DNA of 64,000 nt from an uncultured delta proteobacterium. Its GTDB lineage: Bacteria > Desulfobacterota > Binatia > UBA9968. Under the pieces are notes generated by a model that was given only the letters and a program-made list of their open reading frames with translations, was not told where the DNA came from and did not search any database. The position numbers and the translations under genes are program-made. The stretch covers positions 384,001 to 448,000 of the forward strand of contig CAWFJP010000014.1 in NCBI GenBank assembly GCA_963816145.1, read 5' to 3'. Shown here piece by piece: positions 1-11,763 of the stretch (positions are counted from its first letter, which is position 1; every line of letters begins with the position of its first letter).

Positions 1-1223
1 GCCAGCAGGCTGTACAAGATTCCCGACAGAAAAAACATCACGACTAGCCCCCAAAGCATCGGTTCGTAGGTGTGCCAGCGGTCCCAGATCGCGCCCGCGA
101 CCACCGGGCCGGTGACGCTGCCCCAGACGTAAAATACGCTCATGTAGCCGCGAATCTTGGCGAAGTGTTTGCGGCCGAAGATATCGCCGACCATCGCCCA
201 CGCGACCGGGTAGGTTGATTCGACGGTGGTAAACAACAGGACGAAGAGTAAGAGCGGTGCCATCGATGAGCCGAAGATCGGCAATAAGATCGACGCGCCG
301 GCGACAAATAGGATCGCCGCGATCATTCGCGGCTTGTTCATCGAGTCGGCGAGCCAGCCCAACAGCACCGTCGAGGTGAAGCCGAGAAAAGCAAAGGCGC
401 TCAATAGAAACGTCGCCTGCTGCGCGCTCATGCCTTTCCAGATCATCATCGGGATGAAATGGGTCGAGATCGCGTGGTACGAGGCGTTGCGTACGGCGGC
501 GCCGAAGACCAGCGCCCAGAAGGCAAATGAGCGCATCGCTTGACGCGGTGTGATGGCGATTTCCACGCCGCCGTCCTGCGCGCTGGTGCGAACGTGAAAA
601 GCCTCCTGAGTCTCGCCGTCCGGCAGCAACCCCATGCTCTCGGGTGAACGGCGAATAGTGAGACAGATCGGGATGCCGACCACTAAAAATATAATTCCTG
701 CGAAGGCCGCGCCCCAGCGCCAACCCCAGCTGTTGACGATCATGCTCAGGATCGGCGCGATCAGCACGCCGCCGAGGCCGTAGGCCGCGCTGTTAATCGT
801 CATGGCGCGGGCGCGCCAGCGGATGAACCAAGTATTGATCAGCGTCATCGGCGCGTGCATGAATCCGCCGGAGTGGGTGAGCGAGATCAGCACGGTGTAA
901 ACCAGAACGAAGCTCCAGTAGCTGTCGACTTGCGAAAGCAGCAGATAGCCGATGCCCATGAGCGAAACTGACGCGATCATCACCGGACGCGGACCGTAGC
1001 GCTCGAGCAAGTGGCCGACGATCGGTCCCTCGATGGCGCCTTCGGCGCGCGACAATGAGAACGCGAACGACGTCGCCGTGCGGCTGAGGTTTAATTCTTG
1101 ACTGAGCGGCAGGAAGAAGACCGTGAAGCCGTAACTATGCAGTCCGGCGCCGAGCAAGCGCACAGCGGCGGAAGCGCCGACCATATGCCAGCCGTAAAAA
1201 AGGCCGAAAAACTTTTTGAACAT
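1..1223 (-). CDS. MFS transporter (runs off window start); paralog of 3925-5181
   Basis: Manual translation from ATG at 1223 gives MFKKFFGLFYGWHMVGASAAVRLLGAGLHSYGFTVFFLPLSQELNLSRTATS..., closely matching the MFS at 3925-5181. Absent from the ORF track because there is no stop in the window. Confidence 0.85.
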   Translation of the reverse strand, partial: MFKKFFGLFYGWHMVGASAAVRLLGAGLHSYGFTVFFLPLSQELNLSRTATSFAFSLSRAEGAIEGPIVGHLLERYGPRPVMIASVSLMGIGYLLLSQVDSYWSFVLVYTVLISLTHSGGFMHAPMTLINTWFIRWRARAMTINSAAYGLGGVLIAPILSMIVNSWGWRWGAAFAGIIFLVVGIPICLTIRRSPESMGLLPDGETQEAFHVRTSAQDGGVEIAITPRQAMRSFAFWALVFGAAVRNASYHAISTHFIPMMIWKGMSAQQATFLLSAFAFLGFTSTVLLGWLADSMNKPRMIAAILFVAGASILLPIFGSSMAPLLLFVLLFTTVESTYPVAWAMVGDIFGRKHFAKIRGYMSVFYVWGSVTGPVVAGAIWDRWHTYEPMLWGLVVMFFLSGILYSLL

Positions 1224-1260
1224 CGATTTAGTTTATGAAGCACGGAAGCAAGAAGTGACA

Positions 1261-1345
1261 AATGGATAATGGATAATTGAAAATTGATAATGGGAGAATT
1301 CGGAATTCCGGAAATTATCCATTGTCCATTTTCAATTATCCATTG
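1261..1345. repeat. Palindromic 7-mer tandem array (AATGGAT/AATTGAT family), copy 1
   Basis: Left arm aatggat-aatggat-aattgaa-aattgat-aatgg; inverted right arm attatcc-attgtcc-attttc-aattatcc-att. Confidence 0.85.
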
Positions 1346-1348
1346 ATT

Positions 1349-2443
1349 TTATTCCGCCTCGCCGTTTTCGGCGGCTTTGAGGCGGCGCTGGCGCACGGCG
1401 TCGGCAAAGGTATCGATCAAGGCGCGGCTGTCTTCCCAGCCGACGCAGGCGTCGGTGATGCTTTGGCCATAGACGAGCGCTTTGCCCGGAATGAGATCTT
1501 GGCGGCCGGCTTTGAGGTGGCTTTCGATCATGACGCCAAAGATGCGCGCATCCCCGGCGGCGATTTGCCCGGCGACATCGCGGCCGACGCCGACTTGCTT
1601 GGCTGGCTCCTTGCCGCTGTTGCCGTGGCTGCAGTCGATCATGATGCGCGCGGCGGTGCCGGCTTCGGCGAGACTCTTGGCCGCGGCATCGACGTTGGCG
1701 GCGTCGTAGTTGGGCTGCTTGCCGCCGCGCAGAATGATATGGCAGTCTTCGTTGCCGAGAGTCGAGACGATCGCCGAGTGGCCGTCCTTGGTGACCGAGA
1801 GAAAATGATGCGGCGCCTGGGCGGCGCGGATAGCGTCCATGGCGATGCGCACGTTGCCGTCGGTGCCGTTCTTGAATCCGACGGGGCACGAGAGGCCTGA
1901 GGCAAGTTCACGATGCACCTGGCTCTCGGTGGTTCGCGCGCCGATGGCGCCCCAGGAGACCAGGTCGGCGGTGTATTGCGGCGTGATCATGTCGAGAAAT
2001 TCGCAGCCGGCGGGCATGCCCGACTCGTTCAATTCGCGCAGCAATTGCCGGCCGATGCGCAGTCCTTCGTTGATTTGAAAACTGCCGTCGAGATTGGGAT
2101 CGTTGATCAAGCCTTTCCAGCCTACGGTGGTGCGCGGTTTTTCAAAATAGACGCGCATGACGATCAACAGATCGGCGAAGCAGCGTTGTTTGGCTTCCTT
2201 CAGGCGCGTGGCATACTCTTTCGCCGCTTTGACGTCGTGGATCGAGCAGGGGCCCATGATGACCAGCAGACGATCGTCGGCGCCGTGCAAAATCCGATGG
2301 ATATCGCGGCGCGCCTCGAACACGGTCTGCGCCGCCTTTTCGCCGATGGGAAAATCCTCGAGCAATCGGGCGGGCGGTAGCAGCTCTTTGATTTCTTTAA
2401 TTCTCAGGTCGTCGGTTTGGTAGGTCATGGCGGTTCTTTTCAC
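1349..2443 (-). CDS. aroG: Class I DAHP synthase (AroF/G/H family); likely start ~2428
   Basis: Motifs GPCSIHD, RVYFEKPRTTVGWKG, GAIGARTTESQVHRELASG, IDCSHGNS, YGQSITDAC. Confidence 0.95.
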   Translation of the reverse strand: MKRTAMTYQTDDLRIKEIKELLPPARLLEDFPIGEKAAQTVFEARRDIHRILHGADDRLLVIMGPCSIHDVKAAKEYATRLKEAKQRCFADLLIVMRVYFEKPRTTVGWKGLINDPNLDGSFQINEGLRIGRQLLRELNESGMPAGCEFLDMITPQYTADLVSWGAIGARTTESQVHRELASGLSCPVGFKNGTDGNVRIAMDAIRAAQAPHHFLSVTKDGHSAIVSTLGNEDCHIILRGGKQPNYDAANVDAAAKSLAEAGTAARIMIDCSHGNSGKEPAKQVGVGRDVAGQIAAGDARIFGVMIESHLKAGRQDLIPGKALVYGQSITDACVGWEDSRALIDTFADAVRQRRLKAAENGEAE

Positions 2444-2511
2444 GATTCGATCGAACGATTATAGACGATATTCGGGGAAAATCTATCCGACGATTCAGCG
2501 GCGGTGTTGGG

Positions 2512-3735
2512 CTACTTTTCGAGTGTTTCGCGCGCCACGACGGCCAGTAGGAACGCTGCTAGGATGAGCAAAGGGGCATAGGCGAGGAAGGGCACGCCGG
2601 GATTGAACTTGTCGGCGAGGAAGCCGCCGATCAACGGTGCGCTGACGCCGCCGATCTCAGCCAGGGTGCGGCGCGCTGCCTGGAGCCGGCCGCGCGCGTG
2701 GGCCGGCACGACATCGAAAGTCGATGTCGCCAAGGAGCCAAGGGACAGTCCGTTGGAGATGCCGAGAAACGACAACAGAATGGCTAACTGCAAAAACGAG
2801 TCGGCGAACGGAATCAGCAGAAACGCGATCGCCGGTATCCCCGTGCTCGGCACGGTGGCCCATTTGCGCCCGACTTTGTCGATGACAAACCCCGCCGGCA
2901 AAATCATCACGAACACCGATAGCCCGGAGATGGTAAATAGCAAGCCAATATCTTTGGGCGTCATGTGCAGCATCTCGCTGGCAAACACCGGCACGATGCT
3001 CTGGGTGGTCACCCGGTGCACGAAGCTTGTGAAAGTCGCGAGCACGATCACGAGATAAGTCGCGCGCAGCTCAGGACGAATCTCGTAGAATAGATTTCTG
3101 ATGCCGCGCAGGCGCTCGGCGATGGCGGCGAAGCTCCGGCCGGTCGCGGCCCGGCCCGGGGTGTTTGCAGGGGCCGGGTGATGGCGCGCTTCGATCTTCC
3201 AGCCGATGACCGTCGATAGTCCGGCGCAAGCGGCGTAGGCTAGGAACACGGCGCGAAAGCCGATGCGCTCGGTGAGCATTCCGCCGATCAGCGGGCCGAA
3301 GGCTAGCCCGAGATAATTGATGCCGTGAAAGCCGCTGAGCACGCGGCCGCGCTGATCGGCGCGCACCAGGTCGACGCCGGCGATCTCACGGGCGATTACC
3401 CAGATACTGTCGGCGATGCCGATGAAAAATACCGGAATTAAAATCAGCGAAAACCATGGCATGAGCGAAGCGATGATCGCGGAAACGCAAGCGATGAGCG
3501 GTCCGGCGATCATCGCCGTGCGCGCGCCAAAGCGATCGAGGACGAAGCCGCTAATCGGCATGCCGGCAAAGCGGCCGACGGAAAGCGCGGTGATCAGCTG
3601 CGCCGCGGTGCCGGGGGTGATGGCAAAATTTTTCGCCAACACCGGAATCGTCGGCACCACCATCGCCCACATGCCGGCCATCAACGTGCTGGTGTAAAGC
3701 GTGATCAGGCTGCGAGTCGTCGGTGTGAGTGGCAT
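2512..3735 (-). CDS. MFS transporter
   Basis: About 12 hydrophobic segments; motif A-like LDRFGAR and IDKVGRK. Confidence 0.85.
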   Translation of the reverse strand: MPLTPTTRSLITLYTSTLMAGMWAMVVPTIPVLAKNFAITPGTAAQLITALSVGRFAGMPISGFVLDRFGARTAMIAGPLIACVSAIIASLMPWFSLILIPVFFIGIADSIWVIAREIAGVDLVRADQRGRVLSGFHGINYLGLAFGPLIGGMLTERIGFRAVFLAYAACAGLSTVIGWKIEARHHPAPANTPGRAATGRSFAAIAERLRGIRNLFYEIRPELRATYLVIVLATFTSFVHRVTTQSIVPVFASEMLHMTPKDIGLLFTISGLSVFVMILPAGFVIDKVGRKWATVPSTGIPAIAFLLIPFADSFLQLAILLSFLGISNGLSLGSLATSTFDVVPAHARGRLQAARRTLAEIGGVSAPLIGGFLADKFNPGVPFLAYAPLLILAAFLLAVVARETLEK

Positions 3736-3798
3736 ACGGTGTCGGCGCGACGTTGTCTGCGTTAGGTCAAATTTTTCTACTAAGACGATCTTGATTTT

Positions 3799-3879
3799 TC
3801 ACCACGAAGGCACGAAGGACACGAAGGTTTCGGAAGAATAATATTCCGAAACTTCGTGCTCTTCGTGCCTTCGTGGTGA
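3799..3879. repeat. Gene-less CACGAAG 9-mer inverted-array element
   Basis: TCACCACGAAGGCACGAAGGACACGAAG ... CTTCGTGCTCTTCGTGCCTTCGTGGTGA; same termini as the element at 50320-50774. Confidence 0.9.
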
Positions 3880-3924
3880 GAGAATCCGATGACTGTACTA
3901 CCGCCGTGACAATATTTCCTATTC

Positions 3925-5181
3925 TCAGCGCAGACGGCCCGTGGCGCGGTTCCAGGAGTTGGTCAGGCTGGCGAAAAAAATCCCGGCGCCGGCGAAGACG
4001 CCGACCAGCGACCAGAGCAGCGGTTGGTAGGTTCCCCAGCGGTCAAACACCGCGCCCGCCAGGACTGGTCCGAGGACGCCGCCCCAAGTGTAAAATAGCC
4101 CCATGTAGCCGCGGATCTTGGCGAAGTGTTTGCGCCCGAACAAATCGCCGGCGATGGCCCAGCCGACGGTGTAGGTTGCTTCTACTGCGGCAAACAGCAT
4201 GGTGAAAAGCGCCATGAGCCAGAATGAGCTGGTGTAGATCGGCAACAGCATGGCGATGGCGGCGCTGAATAATATCATTGCGCATAAACGCGGCTTATGC
4301 GCGCGGTCGGCGTACCAACCAAAGATCAGAGTCGACGCCATGCCGAGAAAGGCAAAGCCACTTAGCAACCAAGCTGCTTCTTGCTGGCTCAGCCCTTTCC
4401 ATATCATCAGCGGAATGAAATGCACGGACACGGCATGATAGGAGGCGTTGCGCACGCCGCTGGCGAGCACCGCGCCCCAGAAGGCGAAGGAAGCCAATGC
4501 TTGAGCGAGTGTGACCTCAACTTCGACGCGCGGCGTTTGGCTGCCGCTCGCTGCCGCGTCCGGCGGCGCGTCGCCGTCGGGCAATAGTCCCATGCTTTCA
4601 GGCGAGCGGCGGATTGTCGAACAGATCGGTACGCCGATGACGAGAAACGCAACTCCTGCGACCACCGCGCCCCAACGCCAACCCCAGGCTTGGACGACCA
4701 GGCTCAAGAGCGGTGCGATCAGCACGCCGCCCAAGCCGAAGGCGGCGCTGTTCAGCGTAATCGCGCGGGCCCGTCGGCGGATGAACCAGGTGTTGATCAG
4801 CACCATCGGCGCATGCATGAAGCCGCCGGCGTGGACCAGTGAAATGATGCCGAGATAGACGATTAAAAAACTGGCGTAGCTGTTGACCTGGGAAAGGATC
4901 AAATAGCCCGCGCCCATGAGCAACGCCGCCGCCAGCATGATCGGCTTGGGACCGTAGCGGTCGAGCAGATGACCGACGATGGGGCCTTCGAACGCGCCTT
5001 CGGCGCGCGCCAGCGAGAACGCCAATGACGTCGCTGTCCGATTGATGTTCAAGTCTTGGCTTAACGGCAGAAAGAAAACCGTGAAGCCGAAACTATGCAA
5101 CCCGGCGCCGAGCACACGCAATGCCGATGCGGCGCCGACCATGCGCCAACCGTAGTAAAGCCCGGAGAGTTTAGCGAGCAA
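3925..5181 (-). CDS. MFS transporter (OFA/MCT-like)
   Basis: YYGWRMV start, LLDRYGPK motif A, WFIRRR, GDLFGRKHF. Confidence 0.88.
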   Translation of the reverse strand: MLAKLSGLYYGWRMVGAASALRVLGAGLHSFGFTVFFLPLSQDLNINRTATSLAFSLARAEGAFEGPIVGHLLDRYGPKPIMLAAALLMGAGYLILSQVNSYASFLIVYLGIISLVHAGGFMHAPMVLINTWFIRRRARAITLNSAAFGLGGVLIAPLLSLVVQAWGWRWGAVVAGVAFLVIGVPICSTIRRSPESMGLLPDGDAPPDAAASGSQTPRVEVEVTLAQALASFAFWGAVLASGVRNASYHAVSVHFIPLMIWKGLSQQEAAWLLSGFAFLGMASTLIFGWYADRAHKPRLCAMILFSAAIAMLLPIYTSSFWLMALFTMLFAAVEATYTVGWAIAGDLFGRKHFAKIRGYMGLFYTWGGVLGPVLAGAVFDRWGTYQPLLWSLVGVFAGAGIFFASLTNSWNRATGRLR

Positions 5182-5350
5182 GAATATTGTCCTGTACGGC
5201 GAATTGGCAATTCACGAATCATGTCTGACTTAGCACGAGGTCGTCTGAAAAGGGAAGAACCGCTCAAGACCCAACGTCGGATATCGACCTCCCTTAGTGC
5301 TATTGAACGTCGAACGGCCGACATTGAATAACCATCGGTTGTAAGTCGGA

Positions 5351-5471
5351 TTCTGAATTCGTCGACTAGAAGTCGACTCTTCTATTCGTCATGCCGGCGG
5401 AGGCCGGCATCCATCTTCATTTGCACTATAGGGTCAGAAAAAAACTGGATTCCGGCATGCGCCGGAATGAC
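5351..5471. repeat. REP-like GTCAT(G/T)CCGGC doublet with GTCGAC hairpin tail
   Basis: gtcatgccggcggaggccggcatcc ... ggattccggcatgcgccggaatgac, preceded by ttctgaattcgtcgactagaagtcgac. Confidence 0.8.
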
Positions 5472-5523
5472 GATTCTTTACTTTCTTGAAGACGAGGGGT
5501 TTCGGTTATCCGTGAATTGGCAA

Positions 5524-6916
<1,393 letters not shown>

Positions 6917-7068
6917 AGGGTCGAAGTATCGGATAACCGATTAAGATGTCAACGGGTTGCGCGCCAGAGTCTCCGGCGATCGATTGACGATTCTGTGCTA
7001 ACTGTCGATCGTCGATAGCGACCGCAGTGGCAAGCCAGGGGAACCGCGGCGGCGATAAATGATTTCGC

Positions 7069-7107
7069 CAAAAAAAAACGGGCAGCATCGACGCGATGCT
7101 GCCCGTT
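7069..7107 (-). terminator. Rho-independent terminator
   Basis: Perfect stem aacgggcagcatcg/cgatgctgcccgtt, followed on the minus strand by a T run (A run at ~7070-7078). Confidence 0.85.
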
Positions 7108-7134
7108 GACCGTGACGGGATGGTAGCGGCGTGG

Positions 7135-7852
7135 TTACATCATGCGGCTTGATCGTCACGCGAAGCACTTTATCGGCTGCGGAGTAGGTCTTACCGTCCT
7201 GGACCTTGCTCACGATGCCGTTTTCCGCTGCACCCGTATTGGCGACCTTTTGCCGCGGGCCCTGGTCGGGGCCGATGCCGGGCTCTTGATCGACTTCGGT
7301 GCCGGCGTTCCAGAGTATGATCTGACCGCTGATGTCGCCGCTGATCGCCTTGCCGTCCGTGAACAACTCGATACCGGATTCCGCCGGGGCGTAGAACCAG
7401 TCATTGGACTGGCCCATCATCAGTGTCAGCGAAAGCTTGTCGCCGGGCACAGCCAACACGGTCGTTTCATATGCGGCGCCGGGGGTGATCGGTCCGGGAT
7501 TCTTCGCGCCCACCGGAGTATTGTAGACGGCGACTGATTTGATTCCCTTGGCGCCGTTCAGCGCCTGGGCGAGCTTACTCGGATCGCCGTCTTCGGACTG
7601 GGCTTCAAGACCTTGTCCGCGGTCTTTCTTGCCTGAAGTGAAAATCGGCGCGCTATCGTTATGGACCACCGCGGTTCCTGGTGAAAATGCTAGTGACCAT
7701 TTCACTCCGTTGGACGCCGTAAACGCATCCGGCTTGGTGGTGTTTTCGATGCGGATGGTGAACTTGGTCGGCTTGTCGCCGTTTGCCGATACAAGCCCGG
7801 TTAAGCCGTTGCTGCCGATGAGCATTGCCGCTGCGACGGTTAAGAATTTCAT
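7135..7852 (-). CDS. Secreted spondin-domain protein (true stop likely TAA at 7135; ORF-track extension to 6998 runs through the terminator)
   Basis: Signal peptide; FSPG, QSEDGDP, MMGQSNDWFYA, LWNAGTEVDQEPG are typical Spondin_N-like motifs. Confidence 0.8.
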
Positions 7853-7925
7853 ATGACGTTGGACTCCTTATATTTTTGGTTTTGCTACTTGCGATGAAAA
7901 AAAGCTCGAACCGGTTCTTGCGGAA

Positions 7926-7954
7926 TTAGATGCGCCGCCGGCGCTGAAAGGTGC
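7926..7954 (-). promoter_or_regulatory. Putative ECF promoter GCACC-N17-CATCTAA
   Basis: Matches the motif shared by six upstream regions with identical 17-nt spacing. Confidence 0.65.
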
Positions 7955-8094
7955 GCTCGTGCGATCAACTAACGTCTGGGACGGTTCGGAGACTAGATTT
8001 TCACAATCAATGGTATTGGGTCGGCGTAGGGCTGGGGCGGTTTTGAGCTTTAAGATCCGTTGCCCGAGCCGTTGACACCGGAGGATTTGGGTTG

Positions 8095-9125
8095 TTAGAA
8101 GCCGGCACCTTTGGTTGTTAGCTTTAAGCGATAGACGTTAGTGTTCGAGGTGATGAACAGCGTTGAACCGTCTTCGCCCCAAGCGAGATTGCCGGTGGGA
8201 ACGCCGGTTTCGATGCTGCCGAGATGCTTGCCGACGGGCGAGATTACGTGAATACCGCCGGGGCCGGCGCCGAAGATGTTGCCTTCGCGGTCGACTTTCA
8301 TGCCGTCGGGCACGCCCGCTTAGTTTTCGTCCACGCTGTGGCGTTGAACAGCACTTGCCATTCTCGATGGCACCGTCCGGTTTGACATCGAAGACCAACC
8401 AGACGGCATTGGCCGGGTCGGCGTTGCTGACGTAGAGCTTTTTCTCATCCGGCGAGAAGGCGATGCCGTTGGGCGCTGTCATTTCTTTCGTCAGCAGCGT
8501 GAGCTTGCCGTCCTTGGCATAGTGATAAACCCCGTGGAACGGTGTCTCTTTGCGCGGGTCGTCGTAGGATTTCGGCAGCCCGAACGGCGGGTCGGTGAAA
8601 TAGAGATCGCCGTTGGATTTGAACACGACATCGTTGGGGCTGTTGATGCGCTTTCCTTCGTAACGGTCGACCAGGGTGATTTTCTTGCCGTTCTTTTCCA
8701 AGCGCGGCGACGCGCCGGTCGCCATGTTCCGCGGACACCAAGGCGACCTTCGGGGTCGAACGCTAAGCCATTGGATCCTGGTTCTGGTCCGTCGAAAGGC
8801 GCCTTTCCGGTGTAGCCGCTCGGAGCACAAACACACTGGTGCCTTTGCCCTCCTGCCACTTGATGATCGAGTTGGTCGGAATGTCGGAAAACAGCAGATA
8901 CTTTTCCTCTCGGTTCCATACGGGTCCTTCGACCCAACTACGGCCGCTGACGATGCGTTCGACCTTGACGTTACGCGGCACCAGTTTGTCGAACCGCGGG
9001 TCGAGCCGGACGATGTCGATTTGCTGAATCGGTTTGACGGGTTGCGGCTGGGCGAAGGCGCTGGAACCGATGGCCATGCCGGCAGCAAGCAATGTGAATG
9101 CGGCTAATCGTAATATGGGTTTCAT
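8095..9125 (-). CDS. SMP-30/gluconolactonase/LRE family protein (multiple frameshifts)
   Basis: Fragments WVEGPVW, LLFSDIP, GSNGLAFD, INSPNDVV, YFTDPPFG, PNGIAFSPD, PDGMKVD. Confidence 0.85.
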
Positions 9126-9126
9126 A

Positions 9127-9306
9127 TCAGTCGGCAATTCTGGTCGCCATGGCGCCGCAGCCTGGACAGCAATGATTTTCTTCGATCAAGCCACCCAGAG
9201 CTGGGTCGGTGGTCTCGCTTTTGAGCTCAGCGAGGTAAATCAATTTGTCGGCGTGATGATTCATTTCCGCGCCGCACTTGGGGCAAATTATTTTTCGATT
9301 TGGCAT
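9127..9306 (-). CDS. Small zinc-ribbon protein, 59 aa (missed by ORF track)
   Basis: MPNRKIICPKCGAEMNHHADKLIYLAELKSETTDPALGGLIEENHCCPGCGAMATRIAD*; GGAG RBS; fills the operon gap exactly. Confidence 0.75.
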   Translation of the reverse strand: MPNRKIICPKCGAEMNHHADKLIYLAELKSETTDPALGGLIEENHCCPGCGAMATRIAD

Positions 9307-9319
9307 TGGCGTCTTCTCC

Positions 9320-9895
9320 CTAGCCGTCGAGCGCGATGTGTTCTCGGCCGTGGCGCAGCGTCTTCGCCATCCAGACGAGCTCGTTCAAGAATTTATCGGC
9401 ACGTTTGATAAACGGCTTGATCGAGCAGGTTGCCGGAGTGCGTCGAAGACACTCGCGACGTTGCCGAAATTGACGTCCCAAAAAATGTTGACCAAGCCGA
9501 GTTCGCGAATCACCGGAAGAAAGTCTTGAATCGCCCGCACGCCGCCGAATGGGCCGGCGGAAACACCGACGATGCCGGCGGCCTTGTGGATGTATTCTTT
9601 CAGACAGCTGTCCAACACGTGTTTGAGCAAACCGGGAAAGCTGTGGTTGTACTCGGGGGTGACGATGACCAGGGCGTCGGCTAGCGCCATCCTGTTCGAG
9701 AAGGTGGAATCCTTGATGGCTTCTCGCCGCGTCGTCAATCGGCATGGGCAGGTCCGATAGATCGATTAGCGCGGTCGGTAATACACGGGCGTTTTTCGAT
9801 CTGTGCAACCATGAAGCGCGCGGCGTGAGCGCTCATCCGCCCCTTGCGGGTGTCCCGAGGATAACCGGTATGTTCAGAGGCCGGTTGGTTGTCAC
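9320..9895 (-). CDS. NADPH-dependent FMN reductase (frameshifted)
   Basis: IPVILGT N-terminus; ADALVIVTPEYNHSFPGLLK and GVSAGPFGGVRA flavodoxin-fold motifs. Confidence 0.85.
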
Positions 9896-9934
9896 GTGCG
9901 CTCAACTATTCGCATTAATTCCGCTGTGGTAAGG

Positions 9935-11755
9935 TTATCGACCGATCGGTGCCAGGTCTGATCGCCGGACACATTCAATGGCATGCGATAGAGAGTGTCC
10001 TGCGCGGTGATGTAGAGCGTCTTGCCGTCGGCGCCGCCCCAGGCGATGTTGTGCGGATGTCTTCGGCGCCATGATCGTGCCGAGGTGTTTGCCTTCGGCC
10101 GAGATCATCCAGATACCGCCGGGGCCGCAGACGTAGAGGTTGCCGTGCTGATCGACTTTGATGCCGTCGATCGCGTCTTCGCCGGGCGCTTGGGTCATGT
10201 CGAAGAAGACTTTGCCGTTGGAGGCGTTGCCGTCGCGCGTCGATGTCATAGCGCATGACGATCTTTTTTCGTCGGATCCCAGTTGCCGACGTAGAGAAAT
10301 TTCTCGTCCGGTGAGAAGGCGATACCATTGGGACCTTTGAGATCGGTGCTGACCAGTTTCAGCTTGCCATCTTTCAGGCTGAAGACGCCGCTGTAGGGCA
10401 GTTGTTTTCGCGGATCGTCGTAGAACTTGGGCAGACCGAAGGGCGGATCGGTGATGAACAGAGCGCCGTCGGAGCGATAGACCAGATCGTTGGGACTATT
10501 CAGCCGCTTGCCTTCGAAGTTGTCGGCCAGCACGGTGATGCGCCCGTCATTTTCCATGCGCACGACGCGGCGATTGCCGTGCTGGTTGATCGTCAGCCGG
10601 CCGTGTTTGTCGAGGGTGAGGCCGTTGGAACCAGGCTGGCCGTATTCGGCGATGTCCTTGCCCGACGTAACCGCTCTGGGTCTTGAAGTACCGACAGTTG
10701 CCCTTCCGGGCTCGTATTTGTAAATCTTGTTGGCGTTGGGATCACTGAAGAGCAGAATAGCCGGGCTTTGACCCAGATCGGACCCTCGGTGAATTGAAAA
10801 CCTTCGGCGAGTTTAAAGATCTTCGGATTGAGCGGCACGATGGCATCGATGGCAGGATCGACACGCTCGACGTCGACGTTGACTTCCTGCGGCGCGACGG
10901 CAACCGGTCCGGCCGGGACTTTGTGGAATTCCAAGCGGCGTAGCGCATCCAGATATAGTTGGTCGGCGGCTGCGATAGCGGACCGTTGACGCCGAAGATG
11001 GCGAACTGGATGGTTTGCCCGGGCTTGACGCCGCGGCCGACGACTAGACGATTCGCCGCGTTCCAGCCTTTGATCACCGAGCCGCCACTCTGGCCCGTCG
11101 CACGCGGCAATTCGCCGTCGACCCAGATCTCGGCGTAGTCATCGAGCGAAGTCGCGAACACGACCGTCGAGCCGGTCGGATCGAAGTTGCCGATGCGCTC
11201 GGGGACGGTGATCTTGATTCGATACCAATTGAAGGAGAGCCTGCCGTTGGTACGCCGTTTGTCCAGGTTGGTCGGTTCGATTACTTCCCAATTGGAGTCG
11301 TCGAAATCGGCCCGTCCGGCATGCGGCGTGATGTCGTAGGTCTTGTTCGGCGTCGTCGACGGTTGTCCGTCTGCGCCGACGGCTTTGAAATCGACTTCGA
11401 TGATCTTCGTGTCGCTGTAGCGCCACTGGGCTTTGACCAGTTCGGTGCCGGCTTTGGTGCCGAGGTCGATGCGCGCTTCGGGGATGCGTTTACCGAGAGT
11501 CTCGTCGAGGGCGGCGGCGTGAATTGATTTCGGCAGCCAAAGTGAAATTGCCGCCACCAGGGTTGCCGCAGTGAGCCTTATGGTGGCGCTCCGAGCCTGC
11601 TCTCGCTGGAGGGGCGCGGATTGACGGGAGAGTGCTGGATGGATATTACCCCTCACCCTCGCCCTCTCCCGCAAGGGGAGAGGGAACCGGAACAGCGGAC
11701 AGGATAAACGCTGCGAGAGTGAATTATATGAGTGAAAAAGGTTCTTCGATGTCAT
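9935..11755 (-). CDS. SMP-30/gluconolactonase with N-terminal galactose-binding-like domain (multiple frameshifts)
   Basis: N-domain WYRIKITVP...DDYAEIWVDG; C-domain FTEGPIW, LNSPNDLV, ITDPPFG, PNGIAFSPD, DGIKVD. Confidence 0.8.
11649..11684. repeat. CCCTCACCC...CCTCTCCC/GGGAGAGG palindrome inside coding frame
   Basis: cccctcaccctcgccctctcccgcaaggggagaggg; encodes PLPLRERARVRG. Confidence 0.7.
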
Positions 11756-11763
11756 GATGAGCC

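Noticed and set aside
2461-2489. CGTCTAT upstream of aroG as a member of the ECF motif set
   Set aside because: There is no matching -35 at 17 nt, and the -10 deviates.
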